Source: an uncultured Clostridium sp. (lineage in GTDB: Bacteria; Bacillota; Clostridia; Christensenellales; CAG-138). From it: a DNA stretch of 64,000 nt. Where the stretch lies: contig CAZTFU010000002.1 in assembly GCA_964612925.1 (NCBI GenBank), positions 42,196 through 106,195 on the forward strand, read 5' to 3'. The notes under the pieces were generated by a model. That model saw only the letters and a list, made by a program, of their open reading frames with translations. It was not told where the DNA came from and did not search any database. Within the stretch, counting starts at the first letter, position 1, and the number at the start of each line of letters is the position of its first letter. The position numbers and the translations under genes are program-made. This document shows, piece after piece, positions 54,540-64,000 of the stretch.

Positions 54540-55201
54540 GTGCTTCCGTAACGGCAAAAAAGCAGAACGCAAATAAAAAGGCGGCTTATGGTAAAAAGAG
54601 AAAAGTGCGCAAACGTGGTACTACAGCCATGGCAAAGAAGCCTATTATTTGCATATGCGCCGTTGTACTCTTTTGCGCTACCGTAATAGGTGCAGTGAGC
54701 ATAACAAGAATTATGGAACGCAAAACGTATAAGCTCATATACGCTAACGAGATATTGGCCTATTCCGAGGAGTTTTCGCTCGACCCGTGCCTTGTTGCAG
54801 CCGTTATACACACGGAAAGTTCCAACAGGGCTAATGCCGTTTCACCCAAGGGTGCCGTGGGGCTGATGCAAATAATGCCGTCTACGGGCGAATGGATTGC
54901 AAAAAAGCTGAAGATTGACGATTATACGGAAGATAAACTGTCCGACCCCGATATAAACATTCGCCTCGGGTGTTGGTACATAAGGTATTTGTGTGATAAA
55001 TACAGCGGTGTTGAGCGCACGGCTCTCGCGGCGTATAACGCGGGTCCCGGAAACGTTGACAAATGGCTTGACGAATCGCAATACGGAAGCGGTATGCGAC
55101 TTGATAATATACCGTATGCCGAAACCGCCGCATATACGGATAAGGTTGAGGCTGCAAAGGAGAAATACAGAGAACTATATGAAAACCTGCTTTGTAAATA
55201 A
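54536..55201 (+). CDS. membrane-anchored lytic transglycosylase (SLT domain)
   Basis: Basic N-terminus plus a TM segment (ICICAVVLFCATVIGAV). SLT motifs VIHTESS, GLMQIMPSTG, AAYNAGPGNV. Confidence 0.88.
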   Translation: MSASVTAKKQNANKKAAYGKKRKVRKRGTTAMAKKPIICICAVVLFCATVIGAVSITRIMERKTYKLIYANEILAYSEEFSLDPCLVAAVIHTESSNRANAVSPKGAVGLMQIMPSTGEWIAKKLKIDDYTEDKLSDPDINIRLGCWYIRYLCDKYSGVERTALAAYNAGPGNVDKWLDESQYGSGMRLDNIPYAETAAYTDKVEAAKEKYRELYENLLCK

Positions 55202-56828
55202 GCTAAAAGGATGCTTTTGCCTGCTGATATCCGTGCTTATGGCCGTATCAAGCGGCTGTACGAACAGGCAAAACACTACGGTAGTAGCAGATGAAACGCC
55301 CTACACAGAAGAAGCTATGCCCGCTTTGCTTGCACCAACCCCAACGCCTTCACCCGTGCGCGGCGGCACGCTTAGACTTGCCATGCCCGAAAATGCAGAC
55401 ATTTCGGATCCGCTGTCCGTAAATACAAAGGAAATGCTCGGCTTCTTTTCTTTAATATATGAAAGCCTTATCGAAATAGATCAATCGGGCGTTGTAACAC
55501 CGTGCTTGGCCGAAAACTGGAGCTGTGACGATACGGGGCTTGTCTGGACAATGAAGCTTCGCTCTTCTGCGCGTTGGCACGATACGGGACTTGCGATTTC
55601 CGCTTCGGACGTTATTTATTCGTTCCAATGTATTAAGCAAAGTGGCGGCTATTATTCATATGCCGCGGATAAAATAGATAACATTCAGGCGGGGGAGAAC
55701 GGTACCGTAATAGTAACGATGAAACAGCAGGGACTATCCTCGCTGTACGCACTGAATTTCCCGATTAAAGAAAGCCCAACCACCGCCATATCCGATCGCA
55801 GTGCAGGTACAGGGCCATACAGCATTTCTTCAACGATCGGAGAAAAGGTGGTTCTTGAAGTCAATAAAAACTGGTGGAAGGAAGAACCATATATAAGCAA
55901 AATAGAGTTTTACCAAAGAAGCAGTAATGATGTTTCCATTGCATCATATGCGGCGGGTCAGCTTGATATGGTATTTACTTCCTCTCTTTCCGTTGGACGC
56001 TATCGTGAGGATGGAGTTACAAATGTTTTGGATATAATGACGCAGACGGCAGAGGTAATGCTGTTTAACTACGCTAACAGTGATCTTGCCACCAAGCAGG
56101 TTCGTCAGGCAATAGCTTACGCGATAGACAGAAGCACGATAATAACAAACGTATATATGAACCGCGCACGCGCCTGTGATGTGCCTATCGCTCCCGACAG
56201 TTGGCTTTATAACAGCCGTTCCAAGGTATATGATTATAATACGGAGCTTGCATTGAACCTTTTTGAACAGGCGGGGTGGGCGGATACCGATGGTGACGGT
56301 TATCTCGAAAAAAACGGTCGCCGCTATGAGGAAATGACATTAAAACTGCTTGTGAACAAATCCACCGATTCTACACGCGAGACTGCCGCGGGAGTTATTG
56401 CAAGTCAGCTTGAAGCCATTGGCATACATGTTGAGGTAGTCACGGCGGGCTTTACCCTTGGTGACGAAAACAGCGAATATGTACAAATGCTTGAGAACGG
56501 CGAATTTGATATTGCACTTACTGGCTTTAACCTTTCAAGAGATTGCGATATATTACCGTATATTGACGCTTCGGGTGAGTACAATTACGGCGGATACAGA
56601 GGCGATTCGCTTTCAATCTTAGCTAAAACGCTGAATACCGCACGGGATGAATCTGCTTGCCGTGAAGCTGCGGATAATCTTCAAATGAGCTTTGTTGAGG
56701 AATTGCCCTTCGCCACACTGTATTTTAGGCTTAGCAGTATACTTTACAATGCATCCGTATGTGGATTGTCCAACGAAAGAGAGCCCAATCCGCTTTCAAA
56801 TATCGCAAATTGGTATATTGAAAGTTGA
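55179..56828 (+). CDS. orphan family-5 peptide/solute-binding lipoprotein
   Basis: Lipoprotein signal MKTCFVNKLKGCFCLLISVLMAVSSGC at the internal ATG 55179; the track ORF from 54993 is an out-of-context extension. SBP_bac_5-like body. No adjacent permease or ATPase genes. Confidence 0.8.
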   Translation: MKTCFVNKLKGCFCLLISVLMAVSSGCTNRQNTTVVADETPYTEEAMPALLAPTPTPSPVRGGTLRLAMPENADISDPLSVNTKEMLGFFSLIYESLIEIDQSGVVTPCLAENWSCDDTGLVWTMKLRSSARWHDTGLAISASDVIYSFQCIKQSGGYYSYAADKIDNIQAGENGTVIVTMKQQGLSSLYALNFPIKESPTTAISDRSAGTGPYSISSTIGEKVVLEVNKNWWKEEPYISKIEFYQRSSNDVSIASYAAGQLDMVFTSSLSVGRYREDGVTNVLDIMTQTAEVMLFNYANSDLATKQVRQAIAYAIDRSTIITNVYMNRARACDVPIAPDSWLYNSRSKVYDYNTELALNLFEQAGWADTDGDGYLEKNGRRYEEMTLKLLVNKSTDSTRETAAGVIASQLEAIGIHVEVVTAGFTLGDENSEYVQMLENGEFDIALTGFNLSRDCDILPYIDASGEYNYGGYRGDSLSILAKTLNTARDESACREAADNLQMSFVEELPFATLYFRLSSILYNASVCGLSNEREPNPLSNIANWYIES

Positions 56829-56881
56829 ACGAAACCGAAAGGCATGGTAAAATATTGCCTGCAAATAATGGGGGATAGGAT

Positions 56882-57394
56882 ATGTTAAGCATTATTATAG
56901 TCATAATAGTTCTCGCATTGGATCAGCTTTCAAAGCTTGCATGTGCAAATATGCTCAAGCTTGGCGAAAGCATAGATGTGATAAAGGGCGTATTTTCGAT
57001 AACATATGTTGAAAATCGAGGTGCGGCGTTCGGCATGCTGCAAAATGCACAAGCGCTTTTTATAATCATAACCGTAATAGCATGCACCGCACTTGTATAC
57101 TTCATCATTCGCGAATACAAGCGTATGCCCGTGTCAATGCATATTTCGCTTGCATTGATTCTTTCGGGCGCAATAGGCAACTTTACAGACAGGGTCGCAC
57201 TGGGCTATGTTAGGGACATGCTTTATTTTGAACTTATCGATTTCCCCGTATTCAATATTGCCGACAGCGCCATTTGCGTAGGCGCGGCCATACTGATAAT
57301 TGACGTGCTGTTTTTTAAGGGAAAGACCTTTTTGAACGAGCTCGAAAAAAAGAGCGCGACAAATGATAATAAAGACGGCAACACAGAGGAATGA
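56882..57394 (+). CDS. lspA: lipoprotein signal peptidase II
   Basis: 4 TM segments, NRGAAFG and FNIADS catalytic-Asp motifs. Confidence 0.92.
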   Translation: MLSIIIVIIVLALDQLSKLACANMLKLGESIDVIKGVFSITYVENRGAAFGMLQNAQALFIIITVIACTALVYFIIREYKRMPVSMHISLALILSGAIGNFTDRVALGYVRDMLYFELIDFPVFNIADSAICVGAAILIIDVLFFKGKTFLNELEKKSATNDNKDGNTEE

Positions 57395-58392
57395 ATGTAA
57401 TGGAGACCCCCGCTTGCCCTACAATAGAGTACAGTGAATACGGAAGAACCGTAAAAGCTACGGCCAACGGAGGCGAAAGGCTTGACGTTTTTCTTGCCGC
57501 TGCTTGCGGGGAGACGCGCTCCTTCATTCGCCGCCTTATTGATGAAGGTGAGGCAAGCGTTAACGGCAAGGAAGAAACAAAGGCAGGCTATAAGCTTAAA
57601 TGCAATGACGAAGCCGAACTCTTTATTTCGCTTCCTGCCGCAACAGAACTTACGGCCGAAAACATTCCTATTTCAATTGTTTATGAGGACGGCGACATTG
57701 CCGTTATAGATAAGCCCAAGGGGATGGTGGTTCATCCCGCCCCTGGCAACGAAAGCGGCACACTTGTTAATTCGATAATGTACCATATAAAGGATCTTTC
57801 GGGTATAGGTGGCGAATTGCGCCCGGGAATAGTACACAGAATAGACAAAATGACATCCGGATTGATCGTAATAGCAAAAAACGATAATGCGCACCGTTGC
57901 CTTGCCGATCAGATGAAAACTCATGAGGCAGGAAGAATATACCTTGCACTTGTAAACGGAAATATAAAAGAAGATTACGGTACAGTTGCCGAAACTATCG
58001 GCCGCCATAAAACCGATCGCAAAAAAATGGCCGTAACACGGGATGGACGGAACGCGGTCACGCATTACGCGGTGCTTGAAAGGCTGAACGGATATACTCT
58101 TGTTGCCGCAAAGCTTGAAACGGGGCGTACACATCAAATTCGCGTACATATGGCACACATCAAGCATCCACTTGTCGGAGATGATGTGTACGGATCGGGC
58201 AAAAACAGCTTCGGCCTTGACGGACAGGCACTCCATGCCGCCAGACTTACATTAAGGCACCCGACAACAAATGAGATAATGACGTTTAAGGCACCGTTGC
58301 CCGAATGGTTTGTTTCCGCACTAAAAAAGGCAGGACACGACAACACATTGGATCCAAATAAGCTTTTAGACGGGGTGAAGTTCAATGGATAA
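57391..58392 (+). CDS. rluD: RluA-family 23S rRNA pseudouridine synthase (RluD-like) with an S4 domain
   Basis: S4-like N-terminus (RLDVFLA...), catalytic HRIDKMTSG, GRTHQIRVH. Confidence 0.9.
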   Translation: MNVMETPACPTIEYSEYGRTVKATANGGERLDVFLAAACGETRSFIRRLIDEGEASVNGKEETKAGYKLKCNDEAELFISLPAATELTAENIPISIVYEDGDIAVIDKPKGMVVHPAPGNESGTLVNSIMYHIKDLSGIGGELRPGIVHRIDKMTSGLIVIAKNDNAHRCLADQMKTHEAGRIYLALVNGNIKEDYGTVAETIGRHKTDRKKMAVTRDGRNAVTHYAVLERLNGYTLVAAKLETGRTHQIRVHMAHIKHPLVGDDVYGSGKNSFGLDGQALHAARLTLRHPTTNEIMTFKAPLPEWFVSALKKAGHDNTLDPNKLLDGVKFNG

Positions 58393-59089
58393 GATAAAAA
58401 AGAGTAATGAAAAAGCAGTCAAAAGCGAAAAGGGCGCCAATATTCTTTTCACCGCAGTTATAATCCTTATTGGCGTACTTCTGTTTTTGCTTACGGATAC
58501 GGGCGCAGAGTTTTTGGATTCCTTTGGCATCGCGACATCCGTGAACAAAGTCGATGACGATGTGCTTGTTATCAAGGATGATGATAAGAATAGTGTTTTA
58601 GCATCCGTAAACGCCGAAAAACTTATAAAACAAATTTCGTCCGAGTGGCCGAACAGTAAATACAAGGCAGGTTATGCCGATGCGGGTAAGGCTGAATATA
58701 CGGTTTATTCCGAAGCTTTAAGCGTAAGCATCGATCTCATATATTCCGACGGAAACTGTTCCTGCGTGACAATCGAGTATTCCGTAGTCGATGCCCCGAA
58801 TGAACATGGCAGCGATCTTACGCCTATAGAAAGTTATATAGCCGCCAAAGAGGATGCCGCATATGAGCAATACTGTACCGATATTCGTGCGATGCTCAAT
58901 TCACTGCTTATCGCGTTGAACGGCGGTAGCACAAAAGGCATAGACAGCACGCTCAATATGTTGCACAGCGCAGTCCTTACGGCCGAAGAAAGCGGCAAAG
59001 TCAATTCTTTTGAGGGTATGAACCTCGGTTTTAAGGTGTATACTACCGGCTCAAAGGATGAAAAGTCGGTTGTAATAAACATTGAATGA
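58385..59089 (+). CDS. hypothetical membrane-anchored protein
   Basis: One N-terminal TM segment (ILFTAVIILIGVLLFLL) and an acidic extracytoplasmic body with no motif I recognise. 8-nt overlap with rluD. Confidence 0.5.
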   Translation: MDKIKKSNEKAVKSEKGANILFTAVIILIGVLLFLLTDTGAEFLDSFGIATSVNKVDDDVLVIKDDDKNSVLASVNAEKLIKQISSEWPNSKYKAGYADAGKAEYTVYSEALSVSIDLIYSDGNCSCVTIEYSVVDAPNEHGSDLTPIESYIAAKEDAAYEQYCTDIRAMLNSLLIALNGGSTKGIDSTLNMLHSAVLTAEESGKVNSFEGMNLGFKVYTTGSKDEKSVVINIE

Positions 59090-59192
59090 TAAGTCCGCAT
59101 GCGGAATTTTCAGCCAATTCATACAATATATAGATGAAAAAGGTTGAATCTTGATACAATACATAGTATAATACACTTGAGGTGTTGCTTTT

Positions 59193-59516
59193 ATGGATAA
59201 CAATCGCACCATAGTGCGTGTAGCCGGCATGGAATTTAAGCTTACCGGCGATGAAAGCCAGCAGTATATGGATTCTCTGGCCGAAATGGTAAATACTAAA
59301 GTGGACGAAGTAAAACGTGCATATCCGATGTTAAGCACCGGTAACTGTGTTTTACTTGCCGCGCTTAATATGGCTGATGAGCTTACAAAGCTGCGTAGCG
59401 ATTATGAGGCACTGGATCAGCGCATATCCGATTTGAGGGAAATGCCAAAGCGTAGCAGTGCATCCGCACCTGTAAAGCGTCCGTTTGCCGCAAAGCAGGA
59501 AACGGGGGTTCGCTAA
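59193..59516 (+). CDS. zapA: cell division protein ZapA
   Basis: VRVAGMEFKLTGDESQQYMDSLAEMVNTKV...LLAALNMADEL, a ZapA pattern with a coiled-coil tail. Synteny with mutS2. Confidence 0.85.
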   Translation: MDNNRTIVRVAGMEFKLTGDESQQYMDSLAEMVNTKVDEVKRAYPMLSTGNCVLLAALNMADELTKLRSDYEALDQRISDLREMPKRSSASAPVKRPFAAKQETGVR

Positions 59517-59650
59517 GGGCGCAGCACGGGGCGCAATATGATTTGCGCCGCAAATTTATTACCAAAGAATATTGGCGCGGCCGGAGCGTTTTGTTTCGGT
59601 CGCTCTTTTATTTGTAACGACAAACCAATTGATTTAATCGGAGAAGATAA

Positions 59651-62017
59651 ATGGAAAACAGAGTGTTAAAAACGCTTGAATACGATAAGATACTCGCCAT
59701 GCTTAAGCAACGCGCTTCATGCTGTGTATCGCGTGAGATGGTTGATGCATTGGAACCGTACAGCGAATATGAAGATGTCGAACGCGAACTCAAGCTTACA
59801 GCGGAGGCGGAAACCATACTTTACAGAACGGGCCGATCTCCCGTGGATGATTTCCCCGATATGCGCCACTGCATAGAAAGAATGCACGCAGCACTTTTTC
59901 TCTCGACAGGTGAATTGCTCGGAATAGCAAGCTGTCTGAAAGCGGCAAGGCTTACAAAAAGCGCGCTCATAAAAGATGATACGGAAGGCGGCGAAGCATG
60001 TTTCCTTGCAAATTTGGCCGAACTGCTTGTCACGCACAGAAGCGCAGAGGAGGAGATAAACCGCTGCATAATAAACGAGGATGAGATATTTGATGGTGCA
60101 TCGCCCGCGCTTGCCCGCATACGCAGATCAATGCGCATAGCAAACGAACGGGTACGCGAAAAGCTGAACAGTATGATCCGTTCAACCGCATATCAAAAGT
60201 ATCTTCAGGAACCGATAATAACAATCCGCAACGGCCGTTTTGTCATTCCCGTAAAGCAGGAATACAGGCAGCAGATACCCGGCCTTATCCATGATCAAAG
60301 CGGCAGCGGCGCAACGCTTTTTATCGAGCCGTCCGCAGTTGTTGAACTTGGGAACGAATACAAAAAACTGCTTGCCGAGGAAGCGGAGGAAATAGAACGG
60401 ATCCTGACCGAGCTTACGGCCATGCTTGCGCCTTACGCTTCCGAGATTCGCGAGGATCTTAATATAATGGGGCAGATAGACCTTGTTTTTGCGAAAGCAA
60501 AACTTTCCCGTGAATTGAATGCGGTAATGCCCAAGCTGAACAAAAACGGATATATGCGTATCGTTCGCGGCAGGCACCCGCTCATACCTGCGGACAAGGT
60601 GGTACCCGTTGATATATGGATAGGTAAAGACTATCGTTCGCTTATAATAACGGGCCCCAATACGGGCGGCAAAACCGTTACGCTCAAAATAGTCGGGCTT
60701 TTTGCGCTAATGGTGCAAAGCGGCATATTCGTTCCCGCAAACGAGGGTAGCGAGTTCCCCGTATTTGAAAGCGTTTATGCCGATATCGGTGATGAGCAAT
60801 CAATTGAACAATCGCTTTCAACATTTTCTTCCCATATGAAAACGATTGTGGGCATACTCGATAAAGCCGATGAAAATTCGCTTGTTCTGCTTGATGAGTT
60901 AGGCGCTGGCACTGACCCGATAGAGGGTGCCGCACTTGCAATGAGTATATTGGAGGAGCTTAACAACCGCCGCTGCATTTGCGTTTCCACAACGCATTAC
61001 AGTGAAATAAAGGCCTTTGCCATGACCCATGATGGTATGGAAAATGCATCCATGGAATTTGACATTGACCGTCTGTGCCCCACATATAAGCTTTTTATAG
61101 GCATACCGGGCAAATCAAATGCCTTTGAGATTTCGTCAAGATTGGGTTTGCCCGAGGGAATAATCAACAGCGCAAAAAGCTTTTTGAAAGGCGAGGATGT
61201 GCGCTTTGAGGATATTATTTCAAGTGCACAGTCTCAGCATAGAATTGCAGAAGAGGAACGCAGGCTTGCCGAGGAAGCGCGTATGGAGCTTGAAAAGTTG
61301 CGTGCGGAAGCGGAACGCGAGCGCAAAAAACTCGAGGATGACAGAACGCGGCTTCAAAACAAAGCCAAAGAGGATGCAAAGCGCATAATTGCGGATACAA
61401 AACGGCAGATGGAAAAGCTGATAGTCGAGATCCGCTCAATAAAGGAAATTGACAGAAGCACCGCGGACAGAGCCATTCAAGAGGCGCGCGACACCATGAG
61501 AGCAAGTGAAAACGCCGTTAACGAAAAGGATTCTGTAAAAAAGGAAGATAATTCAAAGCCGCCGAAAACGGTTCGTGCGGGAGATACTATAAGAATAGTG
61601 TCGCTTGACCAAAAAGCTACGGTGCTGACCGCGCCCGACTCAAAGGGTGAAGTAATGGTGCAGGCAGGCGTCATGAAGCTTAACGTTAAGCTTAAAGACA
61701 TTCGCCTTATCGAGGATAAAAAGCCTGCTGTATCAACATCCGCAAAGGTCGGGCTCAGTGCGGATAAGCAGGTCTCACTTGAAATAGATGTGCGCGGCAT
61801 GTTGGTCGATGAAGCAAACATAGTCGTGGACAGGTATTTGGACAATGCATACAATGCAGGATTAAGCGAGGTAAATATAATCCACGGTAAAGGTACCGGT
61901 GCATTGAGGAACGGCATACAGCTCTTTTTGAAGCGTCACCCGTTGGTAAGCTCCTATCGCATGGGCAGCTATGGCGAAGGTGATGCGGGCGTTACGGTTG
62001 TAACGCTGAAAAAGTAA
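59651..62017 (+). CDS. mutS2: endonuclease MutS2 (MutS domain plus C-terminal Smr)
   Basis: Walker A ITGPNTGGKT, LLDELGAGTDP, long KE-rich coiled coil, Smr domain LEIDVRGMLVDEA...IIHGKGTGALR. Confidence 0.93.
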   Translation: MENRVLKTLEYDKILAMLKQRASCCVSREMVDALEPYSEYEDVERELKLTAEAETILYRTGRSPVDDFPDMRHCIERMHAALFLSTGELLGIASCLKAARLTKSALIKDDTEGGEACFLANLAELLVTHRSAEEEINRCIINEDEIFDGASPALARIRRSMRIANERVREKLNSMIRSTAYQKYLQEPIITIRNGRFVIPVKQEYRQQIPGLIHDQSGSGATLFIEPSAVVELGNEYKKLLAEEAEEIERILTELTAMLAPYASEIREDLNIMGQIDLVFAKAKLSRELNAVMPKLNKNGYMRIVRGRHPLIPADKVVPVDIWIGKDYRSLIITGPNTGGKTVTLKIVGLFALMVQSGIFVPANEGSEFPVFESVYADIGDEQSIEQSLSTFSSHMKTIVGILDKADENSLVLLDELGAGTDPIEGAALAMSILEELNNRRCICVSTTHYSEIKAFAMTHDGMENASMEFDIDRLCPTYKLFIGIPGKSNAFEISSRLGLPEGIINSAKSFLKGEDVRFEDIISSAQSQHRIAEEERRLAEEARMELEKLRAEAERERKKLEDDRTRLQNKAKEDAKRIIADTKRQMEKLIVEIRSIKEIDRSTADRAIQEARDTMRASENAVNEKDSVKKEDNSKPPKTVRAGDTIRIVSLDQKATVLTAPDSKGEVMVQAGVMKLNVKLKDIRLIEDKKPAVSTSAKVGLSADKQVSLEIDVRGMLVDEANIVVDRYLDNAYNAGLSEVNIIHGKGTGALRNGIQLFLKRHPLVSSYRMGSYGEGDAGVTVVTLKK

Positions 62018-62120
62018 AAAAATTAGGGCAAATTGTCCATGTTCATACCTTGTTCACAAATTGATGCTATTATATGTGTAAAGGTGCGGAATTTTGACGC
62101 ATAAACAGCGGGAGGTAAGC

Positions 62121-62804
62121 ATGGATACTAATAACGTTATATTGGTTGTTGATGATGATACCAATATACTGGCAATAATCGAAATGTACCTGAAAAAGGA
62201 AGGCTACAGCGTAGCAACCTGTACCAGAGGTGATGAAGCTATAGAGAAGTACAGAAGCATTAAGCCTTCACTTGTACTGTTGGACGTTATGCTCCCCGGC
62301 ATGGATGGATGGACGGTGCTTGAAAAGCTTCGCGAGGAGAGCAATATACCCGTGATAATGCTCACGGCAAAGGGAGATACGCTTGACAGAATACAGGGAC
62401 TTGAGCTCGGTGCTGACGATTATATACCAAAGCCGTTTGAAACAAAAGAGCTGCTTGCAAGGATAAGGGCTGTGCTTCGCAGAAGTGTAGCTCCCGAGGA
62501 TGATAAGGAGCTGCGATTCCCAGGCCTTATAATATCGCTCAATAACTATAATGTAACCCTTGACGGCAAGCAGCTTGATATGCCGCCAAAGGAAATAGAG
62601 CTACTGTTTTTCCTTGCATCACATGAAGGCAAGGTTTTCACAAGGGAACAGCTTCTTGAACAGGTATGGGGCTTTGATTTCTTTGGCGATTCGCGCACGG
62701 TTGACGTTCATATCAAGCGTATACGCGAAAAGATAAGCGGAAAACCCGAATGCGAAATAAAAACCGTTTGGGGCGTCGGATATAAATTTGAATCCACCAA
62801 ATAG
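62121..62804 (+). CDS. OmpR/PhoB-family response regulator
   Basis: Receiver ILVVDDD...LLDVMLPGMDG...MLTAK and a winged-helix C-terminus (RTVDVHIKRIREKI...VWGVGYKF). The ATG at 62121 follows GGAGG; track ORF starts at 62094. Confidence 0.92.
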   Translation: MDTNNVILVVDDDTNILAIIEMYLKKEGYSVATCTRGDEAIEKYRSIKPSLVLLDVMLPGMDGWTVLEKLREESNIPVIMLTAKGDTLDRIQGLELGADDYIPKPFETKELLARIRAVLRRSVAPEDDKELRFPGLIISLNNYNVTLDGKQLDMPPKEIELLFFLASHEGKVFTREQLLEQVWGFDFFGDSRTVDVHIKRIREKISGKPECEIKTVWGVGYKFESTK

Positions 62805-62828
62805 CATTTTATAACCGTGGGAGGATGA

Positions 62829-64000
62829 ATGCGCAAGGGCCTGTTTGACACGTTGTTTTCGCGTATGCTCAGCATGTACTTAACGGTTATGCTGCTTATT
62901 ATTTTGCTTCTCGGCATGACAATAGGCAGAATGTTTACTGCTCAGTATATTAGCGAAAACAAAAATGAGCTTACACGCGAAGCCACGGAAATAAATCGTG
63001 TTGTTGCAACACAATACACGGATCCCGCAAAGCGTTCCGTTGCAAAGGATACGCTAAAAACAACGGTACGTAAATATGATGCCATGCTTCAGCTTTATTT
63101 TATTGACGAAACATACGGCAAAGTCGTTTTTCGCGATGAAATGAGCGAGGCAAAATGGGGCGTGCTAAGCGACATTGATCTAAGCGACGAGGCGGCGGAA
63201 ATAATGCGTCACGGCGGCGAAGTCGAGGTTGACTCAAACAGATTTCAGGTAAGCAGCGTTCCCATAATGACACTTACACGCGCGATAGTGGATCAGGACG
63301 GTGAAATTATAGGCGCAATGTTTTTCCATACGGATATGAGCCGAACAAACAGCTCCATTCGTCAGGTATATTTTAATGTGCTTATTTCGGCATGCGTATC
63401 GGTCATGCTTGCAATACTTGTTGTAACGTATATAACCGGCCGCATGACAAAGCCTATAATCGACATGAACAACACCATAAAGCGCTTTGCCAAGGGCGAT
63501 TATGATGCAAGGGTAGAGGTTACAAGCAAGGATGAGGTGGGTCAGCTTGGCCAAAGCTTCAACGATATGGCAACGGAGATAAATGCACTTGAACAATCAA
63601 GGCGAAGCTTTGTTGCAAACGTTTCACATGAGCTTCGCTCGCCGCTTGCAGGAATTATGGGCTTCCTTGAAGCGATGCAAGATGGTACAATATCAAGGGA
63701 GGAACAACCGAAATACCTCGAAATAGTCGTTAACGAGTGCAAGCGTATGACGGGTATGGTAAACGGTTTGCTTGACCTTGCGCGTATAGAATCGGGCCAA
63801 TATGAATTTAAGCTTGAACCGTTTGATATGAATGAGCTTATTATACGCACCGTGCTAACGTTCGAGGCGCGTATAAATGCAAAGCACATCAATATCGTAA
63901 TGGATATGGGCGATGAACACACCGTGGTCGAAGCGGATAAAATACAGATAGCGCAGGTCATACGCAACCTTGTGGACAATGCGATAAAGTTTTCACCTAA
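62829..64000 (+). CDS. sensor histidine kinase, truncated at its 3' end by the window
   Basis: My own translation is open from the ATG at 62829 to the window end; it is absent from the ORF track because there is no stop. 2 TM segments, a HAMP-like segment (FAKGDYDARVEV...LGQSFNDMA), H-box SHELRSPL (His codon 63627-63629), N-box NLVDNAIKFSP. Confidence 0.88.
   Translation, partial: MRKGLFDTLFSRMLSMYLTVMLLIILLLGMTIGRMFTAQYISENKNELTREATEINRVVATQYTDPAKRSVAKDTLKTTVRKYDAMLQLYFIDETYGKVVFRDEMSEAKWGVLSDIDLSDEAAEIMRHGGEVEVDSNRFQVSSVPIMTLTRAIVDQDGEIIGAMFFHTDMSRTNSSIRQVYFNVLISACVSVMLAILVVTYITGRMTKPIIDMNNTIKRFAKGDYDARVEVTSKDEVGQLGQSFNDMATEINALEQSRRSFVANVSHELRSPLAGIMGFLEAMQDGTISREEQPKYLEIVVNECKRMTGMVNGLLDLARIESGQYEFKLEPFDMNELIIRTVLTFEARINAKHINIVMDMGDEHTVVEADKIQIAQVIRNLVDNAIKFSP

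Noticed and set aside
54993-55178. 62-codon N-terminal extension of the binding-lipoprotein ORF
   Set aside because: The extension lies inside the SLT gene in another frame and is Arg-rich. The internal ATG at 55179 begins a textbook lipoprotein signal peptide.
57673-58236. 187-aa minus-strand ORF
   Set aside because: It is antisense to the rluD-like gene, which has unambiguous catalytic motifs. No independent signals support it.
1-64000. Mobile elements, CRISPR arrays, tRNA/rRNA genes, prophage or classical defence-system genes
   Set aside because: - None of the translated ORFs shows transposase, integrase, Cas, restriction-modification or toxin-antitoxin signatures.
- No spaced direct repeats or cloverleaf-like intergenic sequences were noticed by eye.
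- A tRNAscan, Infernal and repeat-finder pass is still advisable.

Overview
This 64-kb window looks like chromosome from an endospore-forming Firmicute, probably a Clostridia-type organism. That is an inference from spoIIID, sigG, yqfC/yqfD and the Bacillus-like gene order yqfC-yqfD-phoH-pgpH-ybeY-cdd-era. I call about 60 intact CDS. By eye I found no rRNA, tRNA, CRISPR array, IS element or obvious pseudogene.

Layout:
1. 0.3-10.6 kb: a Wzx/Wzy-dependent polysaccharide locus. It encodes a small priming phosphoglycosyl transferase, a Wzz/CpsC-like co-polymerase, a BY tyrosine kinase, a PHP tyrosine phosphatase, four glycosyltransferases, a LicD-family phosphotransferase, a flippase and a polymerase.
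2. 10.7-12.2 kb: small accessory genes, namely a zinc-ribbon protein with a His/Met/Gly/Pro repeat tail, an ASCH-domain protein and a GNAT.
3. 12.3-22.1 kb, minus strand: an ldcA - peptide ABC importer - two M20 peptidases operon, with a MerR-family regulator directly upstream. The operon promoter has a MerR-type architecture.
4. 22.2-31.9 kb: a mixed region. It holds a DUF1653 protein, a self-contained orphan carrier-protein gene, a stand-alone ComEC-type MBL hydrolase, GH2 + SDR, a heterodimeric ABC exporter and a codon-optimised alanine/glycine:cation symporter.
5. 32.0-34.6 kb: a single ORF fusing a Tet(M)/EF-G-type translational GTPase to a Rae1/YacP-type NYN RNase domain. This is my best candidate for an undescribed system.
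6. 34.7-64 kb: housekeeping and sporulation genes. These are MATE, TetR, nagB, a deacetylase, recD2, comFC, spoIIID, tcdA, sigG, yqfCD, phoH, pgpH, ybeY, cdd, era, pdp, polA, coaE, an SLT transglycosylase, an orphan peptide-binding lipoprotein, lspA, rluD, zapA, mutS2 and a two-component system whose kinase gene runs off the window end.

All functional calls rest on motifs read from the translations and on remembered family signatures. No database search was run.
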